A DNA stretch of 24,000 nt, from positions 18,043-42,042 of the forward strand of contig JAPLTN010000073.1 in the NCBI GenBank assembly GCA_026398135.1. The letters run 5' to 3'. Positions 9,318-16,234 of this stretch are shown here, one piece after another. The notes beneath the pieces were generated by a model, which was given only the letters and a program-made list of their open reading frames with translations, was not told the DNA's origin and did not search any database. The DNA is from Verrucomicrobiota bacterium (GTDB lineage: Bacteria > Verrucomicrobiota > Verrucomicrobiia > Opitutales > Opitutaceae). Position numbers and translations under genes: made by a program. Position 1 is the first letter of the stretch; each line of letters starts with the position of its first letter.

Positions 9318-10163
9318 ATGACCCAAACTGCTTGTTCGATGTCGAAACTGCCCCATGCGATTGTTCGTCCCCCTGCCGGTCGTCCCTGCTGGGTGAGTCA
9401 CGGCAACCTGCCTCTTTTGTATCTTGGCTGGGGCAAGCGGGATTTCCATAAATCACCTTTGCCCAGGCACTGCGACGCGGGGACCAGTTTTTATCTACTG
9501 ACCAAGGGCGAGGCGCTCCTGGCGACGGCGAAAGGGGAACAGAGAATCATCGCGCCCTGCGCTTGTTTAATTGACCGGGACTGCATGTTTGGAATCTCAA
9601 ACAAGCGCGCCACCGGAGTTGAAATCCTGGTGTGGGTCTGGCGCGACGCGCCGGGTTCCGACTCGCTTACTCCATTGGCCGGAGACCTGAGTGTGCGGCC
9701 ACTTCGTTCGGAATCCTTGCCCAGATTGATCGAACTCCATCAGCAATGCCGCGACGAGGTCGCCCGTAATGAACCCGACGTTTCAGTCACGCTTTCGGCG
9801 CTACGCACCTTGGTCGAAGTGGAGCTGCTTCGTGCCGGACGCGCGCCCGAGAACGAAGACCGCCGCCTCTGGCAGCGGGTAAGCGACTGGATTAGCGCGA
9901 ATTTATCCATTCACGCTCCGATCCCTGCCCTGTGCGATTACCTGCGAGTTTCGCCCAGCACCCTGACCCGTTTTTTCAAAAAGCACACGAAGCAGTCTCC
10001 CGGCGTGTATTTCCGAAAAATGAAACAACAGGAAGCGCTGCGCTTGATCCAAAGCGAGGGATGGTCGGTCAAGGCAGCCGCATTCCACTTAGGTTATCGT
10101 CATGCCACGGATCTGAGCCGAGCTTTGGCAAAGGCAGCACCCCCGCCACCGGGTCTTACCTAA
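9318..10163 (+). CDS. AraC-family transcriptional regulator
   Basis: C-terminal double HTH: IPALCDYLRVSPSTLTRFFKKHTKQSPGVYFRKMKQQEALRLIQSEGWSVKAAAFHLGYRHATDLSRALAK. The ORF-track start at 9252 would overlap the divergent uxaA start, so an internal ATG at 9318 (or 9339) is preferred. Confidence 0.85.
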   Translation: MTQTACSMSKLPHAIVRPPAGRPCWVSHGNLPLLYLGWGKRDFHKSPLPRHCDAGTSFYLLTKGEALLATAKGEQRIIAPCACLIDRDCMFGISNKRATGVEILVWVWRDAPGSDSLTPLAGDLSVRPLRSESLPRLIELHQQCRDEVARNEPDVSVTLSALRTLVEVELLRAGRAPENEDRRLWQRVSDWISANLSIHAPIPALCDYLRVSPSTLTRFFKKHTKQSPGVYFRKMKQQEALRLIQSEGWSVKAAAFHLGYRHATDLSRALAKAAPPPPGLT

Positions 10164-10305
10164 TTCTACTTTGTTAAAAACGAAAAATGGCCGCAAAAAA
10201 GTCGCAGAAGTCACAAAAATGAAGGCTTGTTTTTGCGCTTTTTGAGCCTTTTTGCGGCATTCGCGGGTGTTTCCGTCGTAATGTTTCCGAATTAACAAAG
10301 TAGAA
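10164..10305. repeat. 142-bp imperfect palindromic element with perfect 14-bp terminal inverted repeats (TTCTACTTTGTTAA ... TTAACAAAGTAGAA)
   Basis: The left inverted repeat is 10164-10177 and the right is 10292-10305. The interior is A-rich on the left and T-rich on the right, with internal complementary blocks (aatggccgcaaaaa / tttttgcggcatt; aaggct / agcctt). It is bounded exactly by the araC stop TAA (10161-10163) and the rpoZ stop (10306-10308, minus strand). Confidence 0.7.
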
Positions 10306-10524
10306 CTAGCGCTGGGCCAGCTCTTCCGCCGTAGGCAGCCGGTAGCTGATTTTGCCCTCAATGATCTCGCGCAAGGCGACATCCTCGGGAGCCAGTTTTT
10401 CCAGCGAAACAACCAGGGGACGCGCTCCCGCCCGCAGTTGCTTCACGCGGCGCGAAACCACGTTCACCAAGATATTCGGATCGGTAATCAACCGCCGGGC
10501 GTTTTGCAGATAATCGTCTCTCAT
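10306..10524 (-). CDS. rpoZ: DNA-directed RNA polymerase subunit omega
   Basis: 72 aa. NILVNVVSRRVKQLRAGARPLV...EDVALREIIEGKI parallels E. coli omega ([22 protein letters not shown]...VIALREIEEGLI). Confidence 0.75.
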   Translation of the reverse strand: MRDDYLQNARRLITDPNILVNVVSRRVKQLRAGARPLVVSLEKLAPEDVALREIIEGKISYRLPTAEELAQR

Positions 10525-10729
10525 GGTTGGGTGGCTAACAGGGTGGAAAAGTTCATGGGCTTAGGCAGAACGTGAATGATATAAATGCTTAAAAAATAAC
10601 GCGATACCTATTAAATATTCACCCGAGTTAAGGGCAATCCGCTCGCCCGCCAGCGCCTTGCGCATCCCCGTTCCTTCAGATCCGTCACCCAAATACGCTC
10701 ACCCCACGTCGCCACCGGCTGACCTAGGC

Positions 10730-11512
10730 TCAGCCGCGTGCCCGGCGCAGCGCGATCACCGCCTCGCGCAGCTCCTCCGCCAAGGCCTTTCGTTCTCCCG
10801 CCGCGCCCCGCACGCAGCCCCAGGCCACATGCGCGCGCACCCAGGGCACGGTGGTCAGATTCGTCAGATGCGGGCCCAACTCCATGGCGCCCCACCAAGC
10901 GATTTCCTCGGCCACCGACACCCCCGCCGCCGCCGTATAATCCAACGCCACCGGCACCACCGGCCACCCCGCCGTGATCGCCGGCTCCAGCAACGCCGAC
11001 TTAAACCGCCCCACCCCGCCGCCATCGGTCGAGGTGCCCTCAAGAAAAACCGCCACATTCACCCCCGCCCGCAGCGCCGCCGCCATTTCCGCGCCCACCC
11101 GCGCCGCATCCCGCACCCGTCCCCGATCAATAAACAAGGTCCCCGCCCGCCGCGCCAAGCCGCCGAAAACCGGCCAGCCCGCCACCTCCTTTTTCGCCAC
11201 AAACACCGTCGGAGCCAGCGCGCCCAAAACCAACACATCCAGGTAACTCAGGTGGTTGGCCACGATCAGAGCCCCCTGCTTCGGCGGAGTGCCTGTGGTC
11301 TCCAGATTAATCCCCAACACCCGCAAGAGCCGCGCGCACAAGCCCTGCAAACCCCGCGCCCGGTCGGCCAATCCCGCCTCCCCCGCCAAGCCGCCGAGCA
11401 CCACCCCGCCCGCCCACGCGCCGCCCAGGACCAGCCCGAGGGCCAGGCCCCGCCCCGCCCCCCGTCCGTAATCCGTGATCGTTCGCCTGCGCATTTCCCC
11501 ACCCCGCATCAC
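10730..11512 (-). CDS. Lysophospholipid/lyso-aminolipid O-acyltransferase (PlsC/OlsA-like)
   Basis: Contains the HX4D motif in LIVANHLSYLDVLVL, plus FLEGTSTDGG (the FPEGT-type block) and an N-terminal hydrophobic anchor. The start lies in GTGATG (11512-11507) and overlaps the upstream stop TGA 11511-11509. Confidence 0.8.
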   Translation of the reverse strand: MMRGGEMRRRTITDYGRGAGRGLALGLVLGGAWAGGVVLGGLAGEAGLADRARGLQGLCARLLRVLGINLETTGTPPKQGALIVANHLSYLDVLVLGALAPTVFVAKKEVAGWPVFGGLARRAGTLFIDRGRVRDAARVGAEMAAALRAGVNVAVFLEGTSTDGGGVGRFKSALLEPAITAGWPVVPVALDYTAAAGVSVAEEIAWWGAMELGPHLTNLTTVPWVRAHVAWGCVRGAAGERKALAEELREAVIALRRARG

Positions 11513-12321
11513 GCGAGGTATTTACGCAAGACCCGCTCCGGCACCGCCTGCAAATCGAGCCAGGTCAAAAAATCCACCGTGCCAAACTCCCGGTCCAGCG
11601 CCGGCGCCCCGCAGAGTTTCGCCCCGAGCGCCAGATACGCCCCCAGCAATCTCGGTATTTTCACCTGTCCAAAGCCGGTTAACCGTCTCGTTTTTCGCTC
11701 ATTTACACCCTCTTCCACTCCCGCCTCGTCGCAGCTCCAACCCGCCAGCGGCACCGTGCGCCAGCGCGGCTCCACCCAATGCCGCTCGGCCAACACCGCC
11801 CAAGCCTCGCGCCCTTCCGACGCCTCCCGCGAGGTCAAGGAACTGCACCCGGTCAGATAACGCGCGCCTCGCTCCGCCGCATACTCCGCAATTCCGCGCC
11901 AGAGCAGCGCCAGCACCGTCTGGTTGCGATGCTCCCGGTCCACGCAGGCCCGCCCCAGCTCCACCAACTCGCCCCGCACCGGCTCGAAGGGCGCGAAATC
12001 AAATTCCCGCGCCGAGTAGTAACCCAGCCCGCTCGCCGCCGCCCTCGCGCCGGTCTGCAAACGATAGGTTCCCACCACCCTTCGCTCCGACCGCGTTTCC
12101 ACCAGCAAGTGATCGCACACCGCATCAAACTCGTCCGCATCCCGCCCGCTCGCCACCGAACGCGCCAGCCCTTCCGCCAGCTCCAGGTTAAACACTTCAA
12201 ACCGCAAACGCTGCGCCGCCGCCACGTCCGCCTCCGTGCCCGCCAGCCGCAGGCGATACGCCCCGGTTTCCCGCGTCGCCGCCAAGGTATTCCGTTTTCC
12301 CGTGCTCAGATGTATTTTCAT
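11509..12321 (-). CDS. GNAT-fold N-acyltransferase, OlsB-like (aminolipid N-acyl amino acid synthase family)
   Basis: AAQRLRFEVFNLELAEGL...GRDADEFDAVCDHLLV follows the pattern of S. meliloti OlsB (AAQRLRYRVFVEEM...DFDAWDSVCDHLLV). Its ATG forms an ATGA overlap (12318-12321) with the upstream gene's stop. Confidence 0.8.
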   Translation of the reverse strand: MKIHLSTGKRNTLAATRETGAYRLRLAGTEADVAAAQRLRFEVFNLELAEGLARSVASGRDADEFDAVCDHLLVETRSERRVVGTYRLQTGARAAASGLGYYSAREFDFAPFEPVRGELVELGRACVDREHRNQTVLALLWRGIAEYAAERGARYLTGCSSLTSREASEGREAWAVLAERHWVEPRWRTVPLAGWSCDEAGVEEGVNERKTRRLTGFGQVKIPRLLGAYLALGAKLCGAPALDREFGTVDFLTWLDLQAVPERVLRKYLA

Positions 12322-13967
12322 CGCGCGCCCTCCGCTTTGCGCCCCGACGCCCGCACCAGCTCGCGCACCTCGCGCCAGCTCCAGACCCGCGCCCCGCGCG
12401 CCCGATTCGCCGCCCCGATCTCATAGGCCAGCCGCCACTGCCGGCACAGCATCCGCCAGCCAAACCAGACCGAATGCCTCGGATCATAGATGCTCGTCGC
12501 CTCCGAGCTCAGTCCATTCAGCTCGATCACGGTAAACTCCCCGCGTTGCAACGCCTCCGCCGACGCTGTGCGCACATCGTAACGCCCGAAACAAAATCCT
12601 TCAAAAGTCGCACTCACCGCCTCGACCGCCGCCTCCAGCGCGGGCGTGCGCCAGCCCTCCCCATCCAAAAACAACGCCCCCCGGCAATGCGTGCCCAGCT
12701 CGGCCAACACCACCGCCACCCCCGCCGCCGGCATTTCCCCCAAGCGCGCGCCATAGGTATTAAGAAAAAACTTCGCCATGCCCACCGCCCGGTCGTCACC
12801 GAGAATCAGTTCCTCCAGCGTCCGCCGCCCGTCCCCCGTCACACGCAACACCCGTTTGTCCGTGATCGCGAACAGCTCGCCCCGCGCCGCCGCCGGGTGC
12901 CGCGTGTAAAACAACCCAAACTCCACCCCCGGCACATAGGCCTGCGCGATCAGCCGCGCCGGATCCGCGGCCACTTTCTCCCCCACCTCGGCCACGCTGC
13001 GCGCAATAACCACGCCCGTGCCGCGTTCGCCCACATCGGGTTTCAACACCACCGGCCACGCCGTCGGCAAACCGGCCTGAAACGCCGCCACCGCCTCCGC
13101 CCGCGTATCCGCCGCGCCGGGCTCGATCACCGTCCATGTCGCCACCCGTTCGCCCGCGCCCGCCAGGCCGCGCAAAATTTCGCTCTTCGATTCCCCCACC
13201 AGCCCGCCACCCGCGCCGATCCCCGGATTCGCCGCCGTGCAGACCGTCCACCCGCCGTGCCGCCAGCCCAGCCATAGCACGTAAATCACCACCGGCGGAT
13301 ACACCGCCCAGCTCGGCCAGTATTCCCAATGCGTAAGCCGCCGTAGCCGCGAAACCCAGAGTCGCCGCCCGCGCCAGCTCGCCAGACTTTGCCCCAGTCG
13401 CAGCCCCGCCCAAGCCAGCAAAGCCGCCGCCGCAAGCCCGGCCGACCACTGCCGCCAACCGGCCAGATCCGTCACCACCGCCTCGCCCAAGCTCCAGCTC
13501 AAGCCCACCACCAGGGGAGCCCACACCGCCACCGCCGCCGCGAACCACAGCGCCAGCCGTCCCCACGGAGCGCGCAAGACCCCCGCCGCCAGATAAAGCG
13601 GCAAACGCGTACCCGGCACGAAGCGACTGATAAAAATCGCCCGCCCTCCGCGTTGCGCGAACCACGCCTCCGCCCGCGCCAGCCCCTCCGCCGACACCCG
13701 CCCGCGCAAGGGCCAGCGTTGCAAAGCCGCCCGCCCCAGCCCCCGGCCCACCGCGACCAGGATCAGATCACCGGCCACGATGCCGGTAAAACACGCCAGC
13801 GTCGCCGCCCAGAAATCCAGCCGCCCCGCCGCCACCAGCAACCCGCCCGCCACGCAGGCCAGATCATCGCTGGCAAATGTCGCCAGGGCCAAGGCCAGCA
13901 GCACCCAGGCCGTCCCGCCCCAGGCCGCCGCATTCGCCACCCACTCCAGGACTGTCGCCGGGCTCAC
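12318..13967 (-). CDS. Fusion protein: N-terminal DedA/VTT (SNARE-associated) membrane domain + extra TM helices + C-terminal ATP-grasp ligase domain
   Basis: The DedA signature is GDLILVAVGRGLG...FISRFVPGTRLPLYLAAG. Further hydrophobic helices follow (YWPSWAVYPPVVIYVLWLGW). ATP-grasp blocks are VVLKPDVGERGTGVVIARS, AQAYVPGVEFGLFY and VIELNGLSSEATSIYDP. The start is reassigned to GTG 13967, which forms GTGA with the NRDE stop. The ORF-track start at 14084 would overlap the NRDE gene by 121 nt. Confidence 0.75.
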   Translation of the reverse strand: MSPATVLEWVANAAAWGGTAWVLLALALATFASDDLACVAGGLLVAAGRLDFWAATLACFTGIVAGDLILVAVGRGLGRAALQRWPLRGRVSAEGLARAEAWFAQRGGRAIFISRFVPGTRLPLYLAAGVLRAPWGRLALWFAAAVAVWAPLVVGLSWSLGEAVVTDLAGWRQWSAGLAAAALLAWAGLRLGQSLASWRGRRLWVSRLRRLTHWEYWPSWAVYPPVVIYVLWLGWRHGGWTVCTAANPGIGAGGGLVGESKSEILRGLAGAGERVATWTVIEPGAADTRAEAVAAFQAGLPTAWPVVLKPDVGERGTGVVIARSVAEVGEKVAADPARLIAQAYVPGVEFGLFYTRHPAAARGELFAITDKRVLRVTGDGRRTLEELILGDDRAVGMAKFFLNTYGARLGEMPAAGVAVVLAELGTHCRGALFLDGEGWRTPALEAAVEAVSATFEGFCFGRYDVRTASAEALQRGEFTVIELNGLSSEATSIYDPRHSVWFGWRMLCRQWRLAYEIGAANRARGARVWSWREVRELVRASGRKAEGAR

Positions 13968-14695
13968 CAACCCGCCTCCGTGACCGCGCCCCGCCCATCG
14001 GGACGGCTCCAATCCACCACACGATAAACCAGCTTTGGCTCCTCGCCGGCCCGCACCCGCACCCGGCACACGCTGCGCGTGCACGCATCCGCCCGGCTCA
14101 TCCGCACCGACTCCGCCCCCCGCTCCGGATCATGCCGCCAATGCAACGCCTCCGCCGTTTGCGCGGTCAGGCCCGCCCGCACCGCCTCCGCGTAACGCGC
14201 CTCCCGCGCCACCCTGATCTGGCTCGACGCATACGACGACGAGGTCGCAAAGCCCGCCCCGGCCCAGTCGCGCCATTCCGCCCCGTTCCAATGCAATCCT
14301 CCGCTCCGTCCGCGTGCATCCACCGCCACGGTCAAAAACGGCCCGAAATTCGCCGCGCCCGAGCGCTCCACCCAAACCCGCATTGCGCGCAGGGCCTCCC
14401 CGGCATCCGAAGCGTCCATGCCCGCCAGCGGCACGCCGCCCCGGCTCATTTTACCCCCCGCTCCGCCGCCGGTTTCGTAATCGTTGAGTAACCCCACGCT
14501 CAGCCCGGCGCGGTTCAAAGCCAGCCAAGTTCCGCCCCGCGCCCCATCGCGTGGAGCCACATACTCCATACCCGCCGCCGTCACCGCCGTCCCCGGGGCG
14601 AATTCCGGCGCGCGCGTGCGCTGCTCGTCGCGATTAAACCACAAATCATAACCGCCGCCCGACTCGGGCGCGGGCAAAATACTCACGGTGCACAT
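13964..14695 (-). CDS. NRDE/TANGO2-family protein (Ntn-hydrolase-like, Cys2)
   Basis: The N-terminus MCTVSILPAPESGGGYDLWFNRDEQRTRAP contains the family's eponymous NRDE motif and a Cys directly after the initiator Met. It is 243 aa. Confidence 0.8.
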   Translation of the reverse strand: MCTVSILPAPESGGGYDLWFNRDEQRTRAPEFAPGTAVTAAGMEYVAPRDGARGGTWLALNRAGLSVGLLNDYETGGGAGGKMSRGGVPLAGMDASDAGEALRAMRVWVERSGAANFGPFLTVAVDARGRSGGLHWNGAEWRDWAGAGFATSSSYASSQIRVAREARYAEAVRAGLTAQTAEALHWRHDPERGAESVRMSRADACTRSVCRVRVRAGEEPKLVYRVVDWSRPDGRGAVTEAGW

Positions 14696-14717
14696 GGTTT
14701 ATTCTAATTCACCTTCA

Positions 14718-14749
14718 AGTTTGGCTGAATTGGCCGGGACGGCCAAACT
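14718..14749. repeat. REP-type hairpin singleton (TTGGCCG-GGA-CGGCCAA) with an alternative outer stem
   Basis: 14730-14746 is identical to the core hairpin of the REP units at 23080-23096, 23767-23783 and 23870-23886. An outer pair agtttggc (14718-14725) / gccaaact (14742-14749) competes with the inner stem. It lies in the 86-bp gap between the DinB stop and the NRDE start. Confidence 0.7.
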
Positions 14750-14781
14750 CAGTAAAACCTCATCTCGTAGGCTAATGGAAT

Positions 14782-15321
14782 TTATCCCCCGCAACGGCGA
14801 AACCGCAGGGTGGATGGCGCCACTCCGAAATCCACCGGCGTCGGTTTGCCGCCGAGCGCGCACACCACCGCGATCAAGGCATAATGGTGAATCGTGTGAC
14901 TGAGCAAAAACTCCAGCTCACGCCCCACGCTCGATGGATTGAGAACCGCGGCATCCTCCCGCCCCACCATCTCGGATCGCACCTCCACGGTGCTCTCCAG
15001 AAAATCGTCGGCCAGCGCCGACAGCTCTTCGCGCAGCTGCTCCAGGCGTATCACCGCATACGCAGGCTCGTTTTCAATCCGCGCATCGCGCGCCCTCGCC
15101 TCGTAATCCACCACCCCGGTGCGCCGCGCCTGCAGGAAGCTCTCATAGTGCTCGATCACGTGGCGCAGATGCCCGCCGATGGAGCTGTTAAAACACGCCG
15201 GTTCGCGCCGCACGTAAGCCGCCTCGCCCAGCGCCGCCAGTAAATCGCGCCCCTGCGCCAAGGCTTCCAGATTGTCGCGCACCGCCAGATCGAGATGCGG
15301 TGATTTAAGTAAGGATGTCAT
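14782..15321 (-). CDS. DinB-superfamily (DinB_2-like) metal-dependent protein
   Basis: Histidine-rich helix motifs HLRHVIEHYESF and LLSHTIHHYALI are typical of the DinB four-helix-bundle family. The start is moved to ATG 15321, which forms an ATGA overlap with the YHS gene stop. The longer ORF-track form (15387) would overlap that gene. Confidence 0.6.
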   Translation of the reverse strand: MTSLLKSPHLDLAVRDNLEALAQGRDLLAALGEAAYVRREPACFNSSIGGHLRHVIEHYESFLQARRTGVVDYEARARDARIENEPAYAVIRLEQLREELSALADDFLESTVEVRSEMVGREDAAVLNPSSVGRELEFLLSHTIHHYALIAVVCALGGKPTPVDFGVAPSTLRFRRCGG

Positions 15322-15761
15322 TTCTTGAGTAGTTCCGGCCAGTTTTGCTGTGCTTTGACGATATTGCCCGGCACGTCGTCTTCCCACTGCTTCTGCACCT
15401 TGAGACTATAGTTCAGGTATAAGCGATCCCCGACTAGTTTCCACGCCGCCGGATCGATGCCCGCCGTGTAGCCCCGGCTCACCGCCCAGGCGCAGTAGCC
15501 GCCAAACTGCGGCGCGTATTTGTCCGGTGCGCCGGCAAACAGATCCCGGTTGGCCGCGCTGGCAAAACGCCAGGTCGCGCCGTTCCAGCTGAACTCAAAT
15601 CGATCCGACCCTTCCACCGGCCTCGCCTGGGTAAAATACGCCACCGGATCGTAGCCTTTAATGGCCACACCCGTCCACGTGGTGTTGACCGGTTTTTCCG
15701 CCCGCAGGCCGCCCAGTCCGAGACACAGCCCGGCGATAATAAAACGTATCAGTTTTTTCAT
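15318..15761 (-). CDS. Secreted YHS-domain protein
   Basis: Signal peptide MKKLIRFIIAGLCLGLGGLRA. The body AIKGYDPVAYF...FEFSWNGATWRFASAANRDLFAGAPDKYAPQFGGYCAWAV is the characteristic YHS-domain periplasmic protein pattern. Confidence 0.75.
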   Translation of the reverse strand: MKKLIRFIIAGLCLGLGGLRAEKPVNTTWTGVAIKGYDPVAYFTQARPVEGSDRFEFSWNGATWRFASAANRDLFAGAPDKYAPQFGGYCAWAVSRGYTAGIDPAAWKLVGDRLYLNYSLKVQKQWEDDVPGNIVKAQQNWPELLKK

Positions 15762-15772
15762 AAAAAGGAGTT

Positions 15773-16177
15773 TCAGAGTTTAGCGCCGATGATGGGTAAG
15801 GCCCGGCGATGCAGCCAGATCACCCCGGCGGAGGCCGCCCACGTGATCAGCGCCAGCGCGAAGAGCAAACCGCCGTCGCCCTGCACCGCGATTCCGAGTT
15901 TCGTCAGGTGGAAAAAAATCGCCCCGCTCATCGTGCCCAGCGCCAGCAACGCGCCCAAGGGCGTCGTCGCCGGCACCCACAAGAGCACGCACGCGATCAG
16001 CTCCACCACGCCCGAACCGATGCGGCCGGCCGGCTCCTGCCCGACCTGCTCAAAGATATAGACGGACTCCGGCGCGCCGGAGAATTTAAAGAACAGGGTT
16101 TGTCCCAGGATGATGGTCGCGGTGAGACGCAGCGCCCGGCTGAGCCAGCGGTATTGAGTGAGGTTCGTTTCGTTCAT
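15773..16177 (-). CDS. DoxX-family small integral membrane protein
   Basis: 134 aa with four hydrophobic segments. The pattern GQTLFFKFSGAPESVYIFEQVG...GVVELIACVLLWVP...MSGAIFFHL is DoxX-like. Confidence 0.65.
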   Translation of the reverse strand: MNETNLTQYRWLSRALRLTATIILGQTLFFKFSGAPESVYIFEQVGQEPAGRIGSGVVELIACVLLWVPATTPLGALLALGTMSGAIFFHLTKLGIAVQGDGGLLFALALITWAASAGVIWLHRRALPIIGAKL

Positions 16178-16234
16178 GCGCGGGTAAGAGTCGTCCTCGC
16201 CGGGTTTATTCCCGGCGATTTTTAGCGCACCGTT

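Noticed and set aside
10540-10729. AT-rich patch (about 10575-10625) upstream of rpoZ as a defined promoter, and the hairpin ggctga-cctaggc-tcagcc (10717-10735) at the acyltransferase stop as a terminator
   Set aside because: I could not find a -35/-10 pair with acceptable spacing on the minus strand. The hairpin is short and not followed by a U-run on the minus strand. A promoter probably lies here, but I cannot place it.
13968-14084. 5' extension of the DedA::ATP-grasp ORF to 14084
   Set aside because: It would overlap the NRDE gene by 121 nt. GTG 13967 gives a canonical 4-nt GTGA stop-start overlap, as at the other junctions of the operon.
10658-14491. Plus-strand ORFs across the lipid operon (10658-11860 400 aa, 11475-12191, 11779-12426, 12474-13277, 13389-14027, 13877-14491) and the minus alternative frame 12796-13665
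   Set aside because: These are Arg/Pro/Gly-rich low-complexity translations antisense to, or out of frame with, ORFs that have clear PlsC, GNAT, DedA, ATP-grasp and NRDE motifs. They are high-GC artefacts.
16198-16225. Hairpin cgccggg-tttatt-cccggcg followed by atttttag, between the anti-sigma and DoxX genes, as an intrinsic terminator
   Set aside because: The T-run follows the stem only on the + strand, where no gene ends. On the coding (minus) strand the stem is preceded, not followed, by the U-run. It is therefore not a canonical terminator for the operon. It might stop antisense transcription, which is untestable here.
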